NCBI GenBank assembly: GCA_040754655.1
Contig: JBFMCE010000009.1
Coordinates: forward strand, 1-54,330
From: Bdellovibrionota bacterium
GTDB taxonomy: Bacteria; Bdellovibrionota; UBA1018; UBA923
Reading direction: 5' to 3'
Length of the DNA: 54,330 nt
Below are positions 8,268-16,689 of the stretch, piece by piece; positions within the stretch are counted from its first letter, which is position 1; each line of letters starts with the position of its first letter. A model generated the notes under the pieces. It did no database searches and was not told the DNA's origin. It saw only the letters and a program-made list of their open reading frames with translations. The position numbers and the translations under genes were made by a program.

Positions 8268-8990
8268 TTATCTCAGCAACGCTCCGACGGCGTAAGCTAA
8301 AATTGACGCAACCATGCCGATGAGCATTGTGGTCATCCCAGACTTCCACCACGGGATAATAGACCACTTGCTCTTGAGGGAACCGATCGCGAAAAAAACG
8401 AGACCGGTAAGTATCGCAGCGAGTTGAAAAGAATTTGACGAAGCAAAGAGAAAAGGAACAAGCGGAACGCTCCCACAAATGACGAAAGCGATGAAAGTGT
8501 TCATGGCCGCTTTTTTAGGGGCTCTTACCGCAAGAGGAAGCCCATGCTCTTCGGTGAGCATGATTTCGACCCAGGTTTCTTGCCTTGAGGTGACGTCCGT
8601 TACGGCTTGATCTAAAGTTTCTCCTCTCAGCCCTTTTTTGGCGAGCAATTGCCTTACTTCTTCTTTTTCGCCCTCAGGATTTCGTCTGATTTCCTCCCGT
8701 TCAACGGCTTCAAGCCGTTTGATTTCTTCAAGCTCCGACTTCGTTCCAAGATAATTGCTCGCCGCCATTGAAAAACCGTCGGCGATCAAGTTCGCGGCTC
8801 CTAAAATCAAGATCGTTTTGACGGAAAGGTTCGCGCCCATGACGCCCGAAACAACGGCAAAGCTCGTGACGGCCCCGTCAATGCCCCCGTAAACCCAGTC
8901 CCGCAGGTAACTCTCTTGAGGACCTTTGGACAGCCTTGAAGCGATGGCCTCTGGCGTGTGATCACGTTCGATCTGATCGATGCTCGGCAT
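8268..8990 (-). CDS. VIT1/CCC1 family Fe2+/Mn2+ transporter
   Basis: YLRDWVYGGIDGAVTSFAVVSG, ANLIADGFSMAASNYLG, MLTEEHGL. Confidence 0.92.
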   Translation of the reverse strand: MPSIDQIERDHTPEAIASRLSKGPQESYLRDWVYGGIDGAVTSFAVVSGVMGANLSVKTILILGAANLIADGFSMAASNYLGTKSELEEIKRLEAVEREEIRRNPEGEKEEVRQLLAKKGLRGETLDQAVTDVTSRQETWVEIMLTEEHGLPLAVRAPKKAAMNTFIAFVICGSVPLVPFLFASSNSFQLAAILTGLVFFAIGSLKSKWSIIPWWKSGMTTMLIGMVASILAYAVGALLR

Positions 8991-9160
8991 TTTTTTCCTG
9001 CGTGTTGAGAAATTCTATCTAAGGCATAGAAATACTTACTCGTTCTCGAAAACTCAAGGTGTCTTATGCCGAGGGCGTTCGCTTCACAAGCCCGTGATTA
9101 AGCCCTCTATTATTCGCTAAGAACAACCGATACTGCTTATATAGTGACGAGCAAAGGTAA

Positions 9161-11260
9161 ATGGGCCGACGGGAGAGTCATTTAATTTTGCGAGACGCTG
9201 CTAAGCAGACCCACGAGAAAGGGCGGTCAGGCGTGAGCCATGTTCATCCGATAGCGTTGGAAGAAACACTCTCAACGAAACGCATGTTTTCGTATTTTGG
9301 CGCGCTCTTAGCGCTAGCCTTCATTCATTTCCTATGGTGGGCGCTGATAAATAGGCTCTCGCAATCGACTCAAATCAATCCGTTGAGTTTTTTTGGTGTC
9401 GGATTCTCGCTCATCGGAATGGCGCTTGCCGCCAAGCTCGTTCCAAGAATCAGGGCGTATTTCCCTCAGGCGTTCGGAATTGCAATGTGGTTGGTCGCAG
9501 GGCATGCGTTTTTCAACGCTTATCAAAGCGGGGCTGAGCCCTTGTACATCGTATTCTGCGTCTTGGTCTTGATGACGGCGGGTTATGGGTTCTCTTCCCG
9601 GATTGGTTTGATCTGTTACGGCTCTTTCGCCTTGGTTCTTGCCTGCTCGGTTCCTGGTTCTATAAACGAGGTCTATAAACAGATATTAATTGTGGCGGTC
9701 GGCGCCACTGTTGCGATTGGATACGTGGGCGTTGAGTTTCGTTTAAGGAAGATCTCTTTTCTCTTGGCTAGCACCCGGCCCTTCGAAGAGCTGATGAACA
9801 GCATCCCTGATGGGTTTTGGATCTATTCGCTTGAAACCAATTCCCTGATCTTCTGCAATGAAAATTTAGATCGGATCTGGGGCCGTTCCCGGCATGAACT
9901 CTGCCGGGACCCGTCACTTTGGATCTCCGGCGTGCACGCGGAGGACCGCGAGAGAGTCAAAGGATTCAGAAAAGAGATCGGGCAAAAAGAGTTTGAAATC
10001 GAATACCGCGTGGTTCGTCCTGACGGCGGCATTCGACACGTCAAAGAGCGAACTTTCCCGGTGACCGGCGAATCGGGGACCGTTGAACGCGTGAAAGGCG
10101 TTACCGTCGATATTACTGAAAAAAGGGCCCTTGAAGAACGAGAGCGGCTGAGCCTTTTCATGCATCACCAAATCTTGGACTCGCTTTCCGAAATGGTTTT
10201 GGTCAAGGGGCCAAATTCTAAAATTATTTGGGCGAACAAGGCGTTCCGTGAGTATTACGGCATGAGCAATGAAAAGCTCAAGGACATAATTGATGCTCCT
10301 TTTAGCATGCCTGATCACACTCAACAGTATGTGAAAGACGATGCGTACGTTTTCAATTCGGGCAGGGTTCTTGACATTCCCCAGGAGCCCGTAACCCGAT
10401 ACAATGGCGAAGTTCGCCTCTTCCACACGGTCAAATCACCCATCGTCGACGATCGCGGTAAGGTCATCATGACGGTCGGCATCTCACGCGACATCACCGA
10501 TCGTGTTCGCGCGCAAAAACTCATCGTCGAGCAGCGCACAAAGATCATCGCGGGATCAAAGATGTCGGCCCTGGGCGAGATGGCCGGAGGGGTGGCCCAT
10601 GAGATCAATACGCCTCTTGCGATATTGAGCCTACTGGCTGGGCAGATCCAAGAGATGGCGAAAGAAGAGGTCGTAGATTTGGAAATGCTCAGCAAATCAG
10701 CTGAAACGATCGAACAGACCACGTTGCGCATCGGAAAAATCGTTTCTGGGCTGAGGAACTTCTCGCGAGACGGCGCCAAAGACCCATTTGTTCAGCTTGA
10801 TATCAAGTCGATGATCGAAGAAACTCTGGCTTTCTGCAAAGAAAGGTTTTCGGTTCACGGGATCGGGCTGATCATCGAGGATTTCGAGAATTTGACGATC
10901 GAGGCGCGAAATGTTCAGATCGCCCAGGTTTTGCTCAACCTTTTGAATAACGCCTATGACGCCGTGGCGACGTTGCCGGAAAAGTGGGTGAAGGTTTCGG
11001 TCACACGTCAACCCCAATGGGTCGAAATTGCCGTCACTGATAGTGGGCCCGGCATTCCCAAGGCTCAACAACAGAAGATCTTCGAGCCTTTTTTTACGAC
11101 GAAAGAGATAGGGAAAGGCACAGGTCTCGGTCTGAGTATTGCAAAGGGAATAGTCGAGGGACACCGAGGCGAGTTGCTCGTCGACGGCAACAGCAAGAAT
11201 ACGCGTTTTGTCATTCGCCTTCCTTATGCTCAGCAGGGCAGCCAAAAGAAAAGCGCCTGA
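9161..11260 (+). CDS. membrane-bound PAS-PAS sensor histidine kinase
   Basis: N-terminal TM helices, two PAS/PAC domains, GEMAGGVAHEINTPL H-box, NLLNNA, DSGPGI, FFTTKEIGKGTGLGLS; start may be downstream (e.g. GTG 9233). Confidence 0.92.
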   Translation: MGRRESHLILRDAAKQTHEKGRSGVSHVHPIALEETLSTKRMFSYFGALLALAFIHFLWWALINRLSQSTQINPLSFFGVGFSLIGMALAAKLVPRIRAYFPQAFGIAMWLVAGHAFFNAYQSGAEPLYIVFCVLVLMTAGYGFSSRIGLICYGSFALVLACSVPGSINEVYKQILIVAVGATVAIGYVGVEFRLRKISFLLASTRPFEELMNSIPDGFWIYSLETNSLIFCNENLDRIWGRSRHELCRDPSLWISGVHAEDRERVKGFRKEIGQKEFEIEYRVVRPDGGIRHVKERTFPVTGESGTVERVKGVTVDITEKRALEERERLSLFMHHQILDSLSEMVLVKGPNSKIIWANKAFREYYGMSNEKLKDIIDAPFSMPDHTQQYVKDDAYVFNSGRVLDIPQEPVTRYNGEVRLFHTVKSPIVDDRGKVIMTVGISRDITDRVRAQKLIVEQRTKIIAGSKMSALGEMAGGVAHEINTPLAILSLLAGQIQEMAKEEVVDLEMLSKSAETIEQTTLRIGKIVSGLRNFSRDGAKDPFVQLDIKSMIEETLAFCKERFSVHGIGLIIEDFENLTIEARNVQIAQVLLNLLNNAYDAVATLPEKWVKVSVTRQPQWVEIAVTDSGPGIPKAQQQKIFEPFFTTKEIGKGTGLGLSIAKGIVEGHRGELLVDGNSKNTRFVIRLPYAQQGSQKKSA

Positions 11261-11340
11261 ACAAGCTTGCTGCAAATCTCGTGCGACGGTATTAGAATCT
11301 TGGTGTGCTTGGCGAAATCAATCAAACAGGAGGCGATCTC

Positions 11341-11745
11341 GTGGTTAAGTCGTTTGCATCCTTTATTCCCTTGTGTGTCATGGTTTTTTCAATGAACCCT
11401 TCAATGGCGGCCGCTGATAGAGATTGCACTGACGAGGCTCGCTATCCCAATATTAGCCGCGCTGAATTGGCTCCGCTCGTTCAATCGAAGAAAGCCTTCG
11501 TTGTCGACGTGAATAGCAAAGAAAAGTTCAAGAAGAGCGGTATTCCGGGCGCTCTGCATTTTGGTTCAAATGAGAAGGTGTTCGCCGAGAAGCTTCCTAA
11601 GGAAAAAGACGCGCTGATCGTTGCTTATTGCGGAGGCCCCATGTGCACCGCTTGGAAAAAAGCCGCGGAGAGGGCTTGCAACCTGGGTTACTCGAATATC
11701 CGTCATTTTAAGGAAGGGCTTCAAGGCTGGGCGGCAGGAAGTTGA
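11341..11745 (+). CDS. secreted rhodanese-like domain protein
   Basis: VVDVN, IPGALH, IVAYCGGPMC, LGYSNIRHFKEGLQGW; GTG 11341 preceded by AGGAGG; signal peptide. Confidence 0.85.
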   Translation: MVKSFASFIPLCVMVFSMNPSMAAADRDCTDEARYPNISRAELAPLVQSKKAFVVDVNSKEKFKKSGIPGALHFGSNEKVFAEKLPKEKDALIVAYCGGPMCTAWKKAAERACNLGYSNIRHFKEGLQGWAAGS

Positions 11746-11758
11746 TCCAAAGAAGCGG

Positions 11759-11782
11759 GCAAGGCTGTCAAGGAAGCCTTGC
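11759..11782. terminator. possible terminator hairpin between convergent genes
   Basis: GCAAGGCT-N8-AGCCTTGC inverted repeat between the rhodanese and FRG stops; no clear U-tract. Confidence 0.4.
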
Positions 11783-11784
11783 GC

Positions 11785-12576
11785 TTAAACTGTGACTGTT
11801 TGGAGCACCCTCTTCAAACGGTCTTTCAGTTTTTCTTTCGATGGGGACCGTAGGAAAAGCGCATCGTTCAAGTGCTGGCAGAGCGCGTCGGTGGTTCGAA
11901 ACAAAGAGTAACTATTGATACCCATCGCTTCAAGGTCATTCATGACATACGAGCGCTCGCTTGCGGCCAAATTGTATTTTTCAAGATAACAGACCTGCGA
12001 GGTCTGCTCGCGGGCTTGGATGAACTCACCGACATCGAAGACATTCGTGAACGTGAAGTAGTGGCCCTGTTGACGGATGAGGCGAAGGTTTCCCGCCGAC
12101 CTCGGATGGACAATATTCACATGTGGCGTTGATTCCAGGGGGTTGTCGACGGCAGGGACGTTTTCCATCCATTTCGAAAAATCAAACATGAATATTGAGA
12201 CTCTTTGGGTTGGCTTGATCAAATCAGGGCGCAACTCGGAGAACGCAAAATAAGCGGCGATGTATGGAGAGAGAGTCCAGTCGAGAATTGGCGTGGGAAA
12301 ACCATGGTGCTGCAGGTAAGCGAGAAAGGAGGCGTTCGTTTCGGGGTCACGGGTATCGATCGCCCTATTTTCAAGAGCGCCGACGATTTCAGCCAATTGA
12401 TTGATCAAGTCGAAATATTCGTTCAGAGACAGATCAAGGTTTTGGCGATGAAAACTCGTCGCAAGGGGCCAGCTCGCGTCCGCTTGCCCTCGGCACATGC
12501 GTTTGTCGCGAGCCTGTTTGATATCCCCCGAGATGCTCTGTTTGAATTCATCCCAGCTTGACTCGTATTCTTTCAT
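11785..12576 (-). CDS. FRG domain-containing protein
   Basis: CRGQADASWPL.TSF.R, LQHHGFPTPILDWT.SPYIAAYFA, NLRLIRQQG, LEAMGINSYSLF. Confidence 0.88.
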   Translation of the reverse strand: MKEYESSWDEFKQSISGDIKQARDKRMCRGQADASWPLATSFHRQNLDLSLNEYFDLINQLAEIVGALENRAIDTRDPETNASFLAYLQHHGFPTPILDWTLSPYIAAYFAFSELRPDLIKPTQRVSIFMFDFSKWMENVPAVDNPLESTPHVNIVHPRSAGNLRLIRQQGHYFTFTNVFDVGEFIQAREQTSQVCYLEKYNLAASERSYVMNDLEAMGINSYSLFRTTDALCQHLNDALFLRSPSKEKLKDRLKRVLQTVTV

Positions 12577-12579
12577 TCT

Positions 12580-14214
12580 TCAGGAGCCTTTAGCTTTTTT
12601 TGAAAGATAGTACTCGTAGTTTCCCTCGTAGATCCGTATCTCGCCGTGATCCACCTCGAACACCCGGGTCGCAACCGACTTCAAGAAGTGCCTGTCATGC
12701 GAGACGATAGCCACGGTTCCGTCAAAGTTCTTCAAACCCTCGAGCAGTATTTCACGAGACTGGATATCAAGGTGGTTCGTCGGTTCGTCGAGAATGAGAA
12801 AATTCACGGGTGTTGCAAGAATCGTGGCAAGCACGACCCGGCTTTTCTCTCCACCTGAAAGAATAGAGACTTTCTTTTGCACGTCATCGCCGCTAAACAA
12901 GAATGCGCCGAGTAAATTTCGAACGTACCCAATCGTGGCTTCAGGAATGCGGTCATGGATTTCCTCAAAGATCGTCTTCTCCGGGTTCAAGACATCAAGG
13001 GAATGTTGAGAAAAATAACCGACGCGCACCCCGGCTCCAATGACGCATGTCCCGGAGGTGGGCTCGACATGGCCAGCCATGATTTTGAGCAGGGTTGATT
13101 TTCCGGCACCGTTTACTCCGACGATGGCAACCTTGTCGAGTCGCCTGATGACTCCGCTTGCCCCCGCGAAGACGGGTCTTGTCTTGCCATCGTCCAAGCG
13201 CCACTCTTTGGCGAGTTGTTCCATTTTGGCGACGTCGTTTCCGCTGCGAGGCGGCGTGGGAAACTCAAAACTCATGACTTTCTCATCCGCCTCGATCTCG
13301 ATGCGGTCGATCTTCTCTAGCTTTTTGATTCGTGACTGCACTTGGGCCGCATGAGACGCCCTCGCTGCGAAACGAGCGATGAATTCTTCTTCCTTGGCAA
13401 GCATGTCTTGTTGTTTCTTATGAGAAGCAACGAGCTGTTCACGCCTGATCTCTCGCTCTCGCAGGTAAAAATCGTAGTTGCCTGAATAAGTGGTGATGGC
13501 TTTGTGAGCGATTTCGACGATGCGGCTGACGATGCGATTCATGAACTCGCGATCGTGGCTCGTCATCACAAGTGAACCTTTGAAATTCCTGAGCCATTCT
13601 TCAAGCCAAACAATGGATTCAAGATCGAGGTGGTTGGTAGGTTCGTCCATCAAAAGCACGTCGGGATTCAAGACCAGTATTTTTGCGAGCGCGATGCGCA
13701 TCTTCCATCCGCCTGAGAACGTTTCGACGGGGTGCTCATGGTCCTCCGGCTTAATCCCAAGCCCTGTGAGGATCTCGCGGGCCCTCGCGTCTAGAACGTA
13801 TCCGCCTCGTTGCTCGTACTCGAGTTGCGCTTCCCCATAACGCTCGAGCAGAGCAGTCATTTCGTCATCTGAAAGGGGATTTTCCGCCGATTCCTGAAGC
13901 CTCTTCTCGTATTTTTCGATTTCCTTCGCCAAAGCAGCGACTCTTCCCGCGCCTACTTTGACTTCTTCAATCGCCGAGCGGCCTCTCATTTCCCCTGTGC
14001 TTTGAGAGAAGTACCCAATAATCAGTTTGTCGGCGATGTTGATCTCGCCAGAGTCGACGCCTTCTTCCCGCGTGATGATCCGAAAAATGGTGGTTTTACC
14101 TGCGCCGTTCGGGCCAACGAGGCCAATCTTGTCTCCCGGCCGGATCTGAAGGCTTCCGTCGCGGTAAAGGACTTTGGCTCCGTATTGCTTTGATAAATTG
14201 CTCAGATGGATCAT
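12580..14214 (-). CDS. ABC-F family ATP-binding protein
   Basis: Two ABC domains (GPNGAGKTT / GVNGAGKST, FSGGW / LSGGE, DEPTNHLD twice), no TM helices. Confidence 0.95.
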   Translation of the reverse strand: MIHLSNLSKQYGAKVLYRDGSLQIRPGDKIGLVGPNGAGKTTIFRIITREEGVDSGEINIADKLIIGYFSQSTGEMRGRSAIEEVKVGAGRVAALAKEIEKYEKRLQESAENPLSDDEMTALLERYGEAQLEYEQRGGYVLDARAREILTGLGIKPEDHEHPVETFSGGWKMRIALAKILVLNPDVLLMDEPTNHLDLESIVWLEEWLRNFKGSLVMTSHDREFMNRIVSRIVEIAHKAITTYSGNYDFYLREREIRREQLVASHKKQQDMLAKEEEFIARFAARASHAAQVQSRIKKLEKIDRIEIEADEKVMSFEFPTPPRSGNDVAKMEQLAKEWRLDDGKTRPVFAGASGVIRRLDKVAIVGVNGAGKSTLLKIMAGHVEPTSGTCVIGAGVRVGYFSQHSLDVLNPEKTIFEEIHDRIPEATIGYVRNLLGAFLFSGDDVQKKVSILSGGEKSRVVLATILATPVNFLILDEPTNHLDIQSREILLEGLKNFDGTVAIVSHDRHFLKSVATRVFEVDHGEIRIYEGNYEYYLSKKAKGS

Positions 14215-14289
14215 AAGTGAGCGCGATCATAGCAGGAAAGCGGAGGGCAGGGAACGGTTTTGCAGGTCTTGTGGTTCGAAGCGGCCTCG

Positions 14290-16617
14290 TTAAGAAGCTT
14301 TCTGGGAGACATCCGCTTTTGAATCAATGGGAAGCTGCTTTTGCCGTTGCTGGCGAATGAGGTTGAGCGCGGAACCGGCGTGAAACCATGCGAGTTGCTC
14401 CATCGTCAAATTGTGCCGCAGGGTAATGATGTCGGCCGAACCGTCGAGGTGCTTGAAAAGCGCATTGATGGTGCGAATCGGATCGAGTTCGCGCAGGTAT
14501 TCCAGGGTGACGACATCTCCCTGGAGAACCTTCTCATAGTCGACGGGGTTAGCGAATGTGAGCGGCAAAATGCCCTGTTTTTTGAGATTAGACTCGTGAA
14601 TCCTTGCGAAAGAACGGGCAATGACGGCGGCCGCGCCCAGATGCCGCGGGCTCATGGCGGCATGCTCGCGGCTTGAGCCTTCACCATAGTTTTCATCGCC
14701 GACGATGATCCAGCGCTTGCTCAATTTCTTATAATGCCTGGCGACTTTTGCGACGGGCTGATCTTGTTCATGAGTATACACGTTGTAGGTGAGGCCGCGT
14801 TTCTCTGTCCATGCATTGATGGCTTGAGAGAGAAGGTTGTCCGAGATGCGGTCGATGTGGCCACGAAACCTGAGCCATAATCCCGCCGGAGAGATGTGAT
14901 CCGTCGTGGTTTTTCCTTTGGTCTTAAAGAGAACAGGCATTTCGGCGAGCTCGGGTTCAACAATAGGCTCAAAGGGTTCAAGAATCTGAAGTCGCTCACT
15001 TGCCCGGCCGATGAGAAGCTGTACTTTCGAGGGATCTTCAGCCGGCGGTTCAAAACCCTGCCCATTGCCTATATAACCTTGCAAAGGAAGGGCTTCCGCC
15101 CGCGGCGGGGGACTGAGTCGATAACGCGTGCCATCTGCGGCGGTGAGTTCGTCGTTTAACGGATCAACCGCCAATGTTCCGACCAGTGCGTATGCCATCA
15201 CAACCTCGGGGCTTGCGACAAACGCAAGCGTGTTGGGATTTGAATCATTTCTAGCCGGAAAGTTTCGATTGTATGAGTTCACGATGGTGTTGCGCTCGTC
15301 TGGGCGAACGTCGTCTCGTCGCCATTGCCCGATGCAAGGACCACAGGCATTGGCCAATACTTTGGCTCCCACCGCCTCGAGGCTTTCCACTTGCCCATCA
15401 CGCGTCGTGGTTTCAAGGATTTGCGCCGAGCCTGGGTTCACTAAGAGCGGAACTTCGACTTGGGCGCCGTTCCGTTTGGCTTCGAGAGCTACCGACGCAG
15501 CCCTTGAAAGATCCTCGTAACTTGAGTTGGTGCAGCTTCCGATCAACGCCACTGAAATCTTCTCGGGGTACCCGTATGTTTTTGCATCTTCTTTGAGCTG
15601 TGAAACGGGTCTGACCAAATCTGGGCTGAAAGGCCCTGCAATCATGGGTTCAAGCGTGCTCAAATTGAGCTCCAAGACTTGATCAAAATACGCCCCGGGA
15701 TTGAGTTCGACTTCGCGATCTGGGCTCAAAAGCTCGAGGTTCCTCATCGCCAACTCGGCGATCTCAGAACGCCTGGTAGCCTTCAGATAAAGGTAGCTCT
15801 GTTTATCAAAGGGAAAAACCGACGTGGTTGCGCCGATCTCGGCTCCCATATTCGTCACAGTGGCTTTGCCCGTGGCGCTGAGCGACCGGGCGCCTGGGCC
15901 AAAGTATTCGATGAGGCGATTCGTGCCCCCTTTCACGGTGAGTTGGCTTGCGACCCAAAGGATGATGTCCTTTGGTGATGCCCATCCTTTAAGTTCGCCC
16001 GTGAGGTGAACTCCGACAAGCTTTGGTTGAAGCACTTCCCAGTTGTAACCTGCCATTGCATCGACGGTATCCGCGCCGCCGACGCCAATAGCCACCATCC
16101 CCAATCCGCCCATATTGGGGGTGTGAGAATCTGAGCCGATCATGAGGCCGCCCGGAAATGCATAGTTCTCAAGCACCACTTGGTGAATGATTCCTGAGCC
16201 CGGCCCCCAAAAGTCGATCCCGAACTTTGAGCAGGCCGAGCGAAGAAAGTCATAGACCTCTTTGTTGTTTTGAATCGCTGTTTGGATGTCGCGTGAGGCG
16301 CCTTCATGCGCCCGAATCAGGTGATCGCAATGCACCGAAGCGGGCACAGCGACACGTTCGCGATTAGACTGCATGAACTGCAAGATCGCCATTTGAGCTG
16401 TCGCATCTTGCATGATCACTCGATCGACCTTCAGGCTTAAATAAGCCTGGCCTGGGGCCAGCTCTTGGTGTTCGGGAGAACTCAAATGCGAAAACAGCAC
16501 TTTTTCGCTTAATGTCAAGTTACGGTTCAAGCGAGCGCGAATGGTCTGCAAGCTCTCTCGAGAACGTTTGTAGATATTCTCCACGAGTTCAAAACGTGTC
16601 GCAGGCAGGGTTTTCAT
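14290..16617 (-). CDS. acnA: aconitate hydratase (mitochondrial-type aconitase)
   Basis: DRVIMQDATAQMA, HCDH, DSHTPN, GSCTNSSYED, ANACGPCIGQW, KTTTDHISPAG, NYGEGSSREHAA; start placed at ATG 16617 because TTG 16635 lies inside the sigma54 motif. Confidence 0.95.
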   Translation of the reverse strand: MKTLPATRFELVENIYKRSRESLQTIRARLNRNLTLSEKVLFSHLSSPEHQELAPGQAYLSLKVDRVIMQDATAQMAILQFMQSNRERVAVPASVHCDHLIRAHEGASRDIQTAIQNNKEVYDFLRSACSKFGIDFWGPGSGIIHQVVLENYAFPGGLMIGSDSHTPNMGGLGMVAIGVGGADTVDAMAGYNWEVLQPKLVGVHLTGELKGWASPKDIILWVASQLTVKGGTNRLIEYFGPGARSLSATGKATVTNMGAEIGATTSVFPFDKQSYLYLKATRRSEIAELAMRNLELLSPDREVELNPGAYFDQVLELNLSTLEPMIAGPFSPDLVRPVSQLKEDAKTYGYPEKISVALIGSCTNSSYEDLSRAASVALEAKRNGAQVEVPLLVNPGSAQILETTTRDGQVESLEAVGAKVLANACGPCIGQWRRDDVRPDERNTIVNSYNRNFPARNDSNPNTLAFVASPEVVMAYALVGTLAVDPLNDELTAADGTRYRLSPPPRAEALPLQGYIGNGQGFEPPAEDPSKVQLLIGRASERLQILEPFEPIVEPELAEMPVLFKTKGKTTTDHISPAGLWLRFRGHIDRISDNLLSQAINAWTEKRGLTYNVYTHEQDQPVAKVARHYKKLSKRWIIVGDENYGEGSSREHAAMSPRHLGAAAVIARSFARIHESNLKKQGILPLTFANPVDYEKVLQGDVVTLEYLRELDPIRTINALFKHLDGSADIITLRHNLTMEQLAWFHAGSALNLIRQQRQKQLPIDSKADVSQKAS

Positions 16618-16630
16618 CCAGTAAGGGGGA

Positions 16631-16646
16631 AGCAACAGCTATGCCG
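16631..16646 (-). promoter_or_regulatory. sigma54-type promoter of the aconitase gene
   Basis: Minus strand CGGCAT-AGCTG-TTGCT (GG-N10-GC); the GC lies 14 nt upstream of ATG 16617. Confidence 0.55.
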
Positions 16647-16689
16647 AAATCAAAGGCACATGCTTCACCGCGGAGAGCCACCTCTCGGC

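Noticed and set aside
14290..16617. Mitochondrial-type aconitase as a sign of eukaryotic gene transfer or contamination
   Set aside because: This aconitase type is known in several bacterial phyla; there is no transit peptide or intron and the context is bacterial
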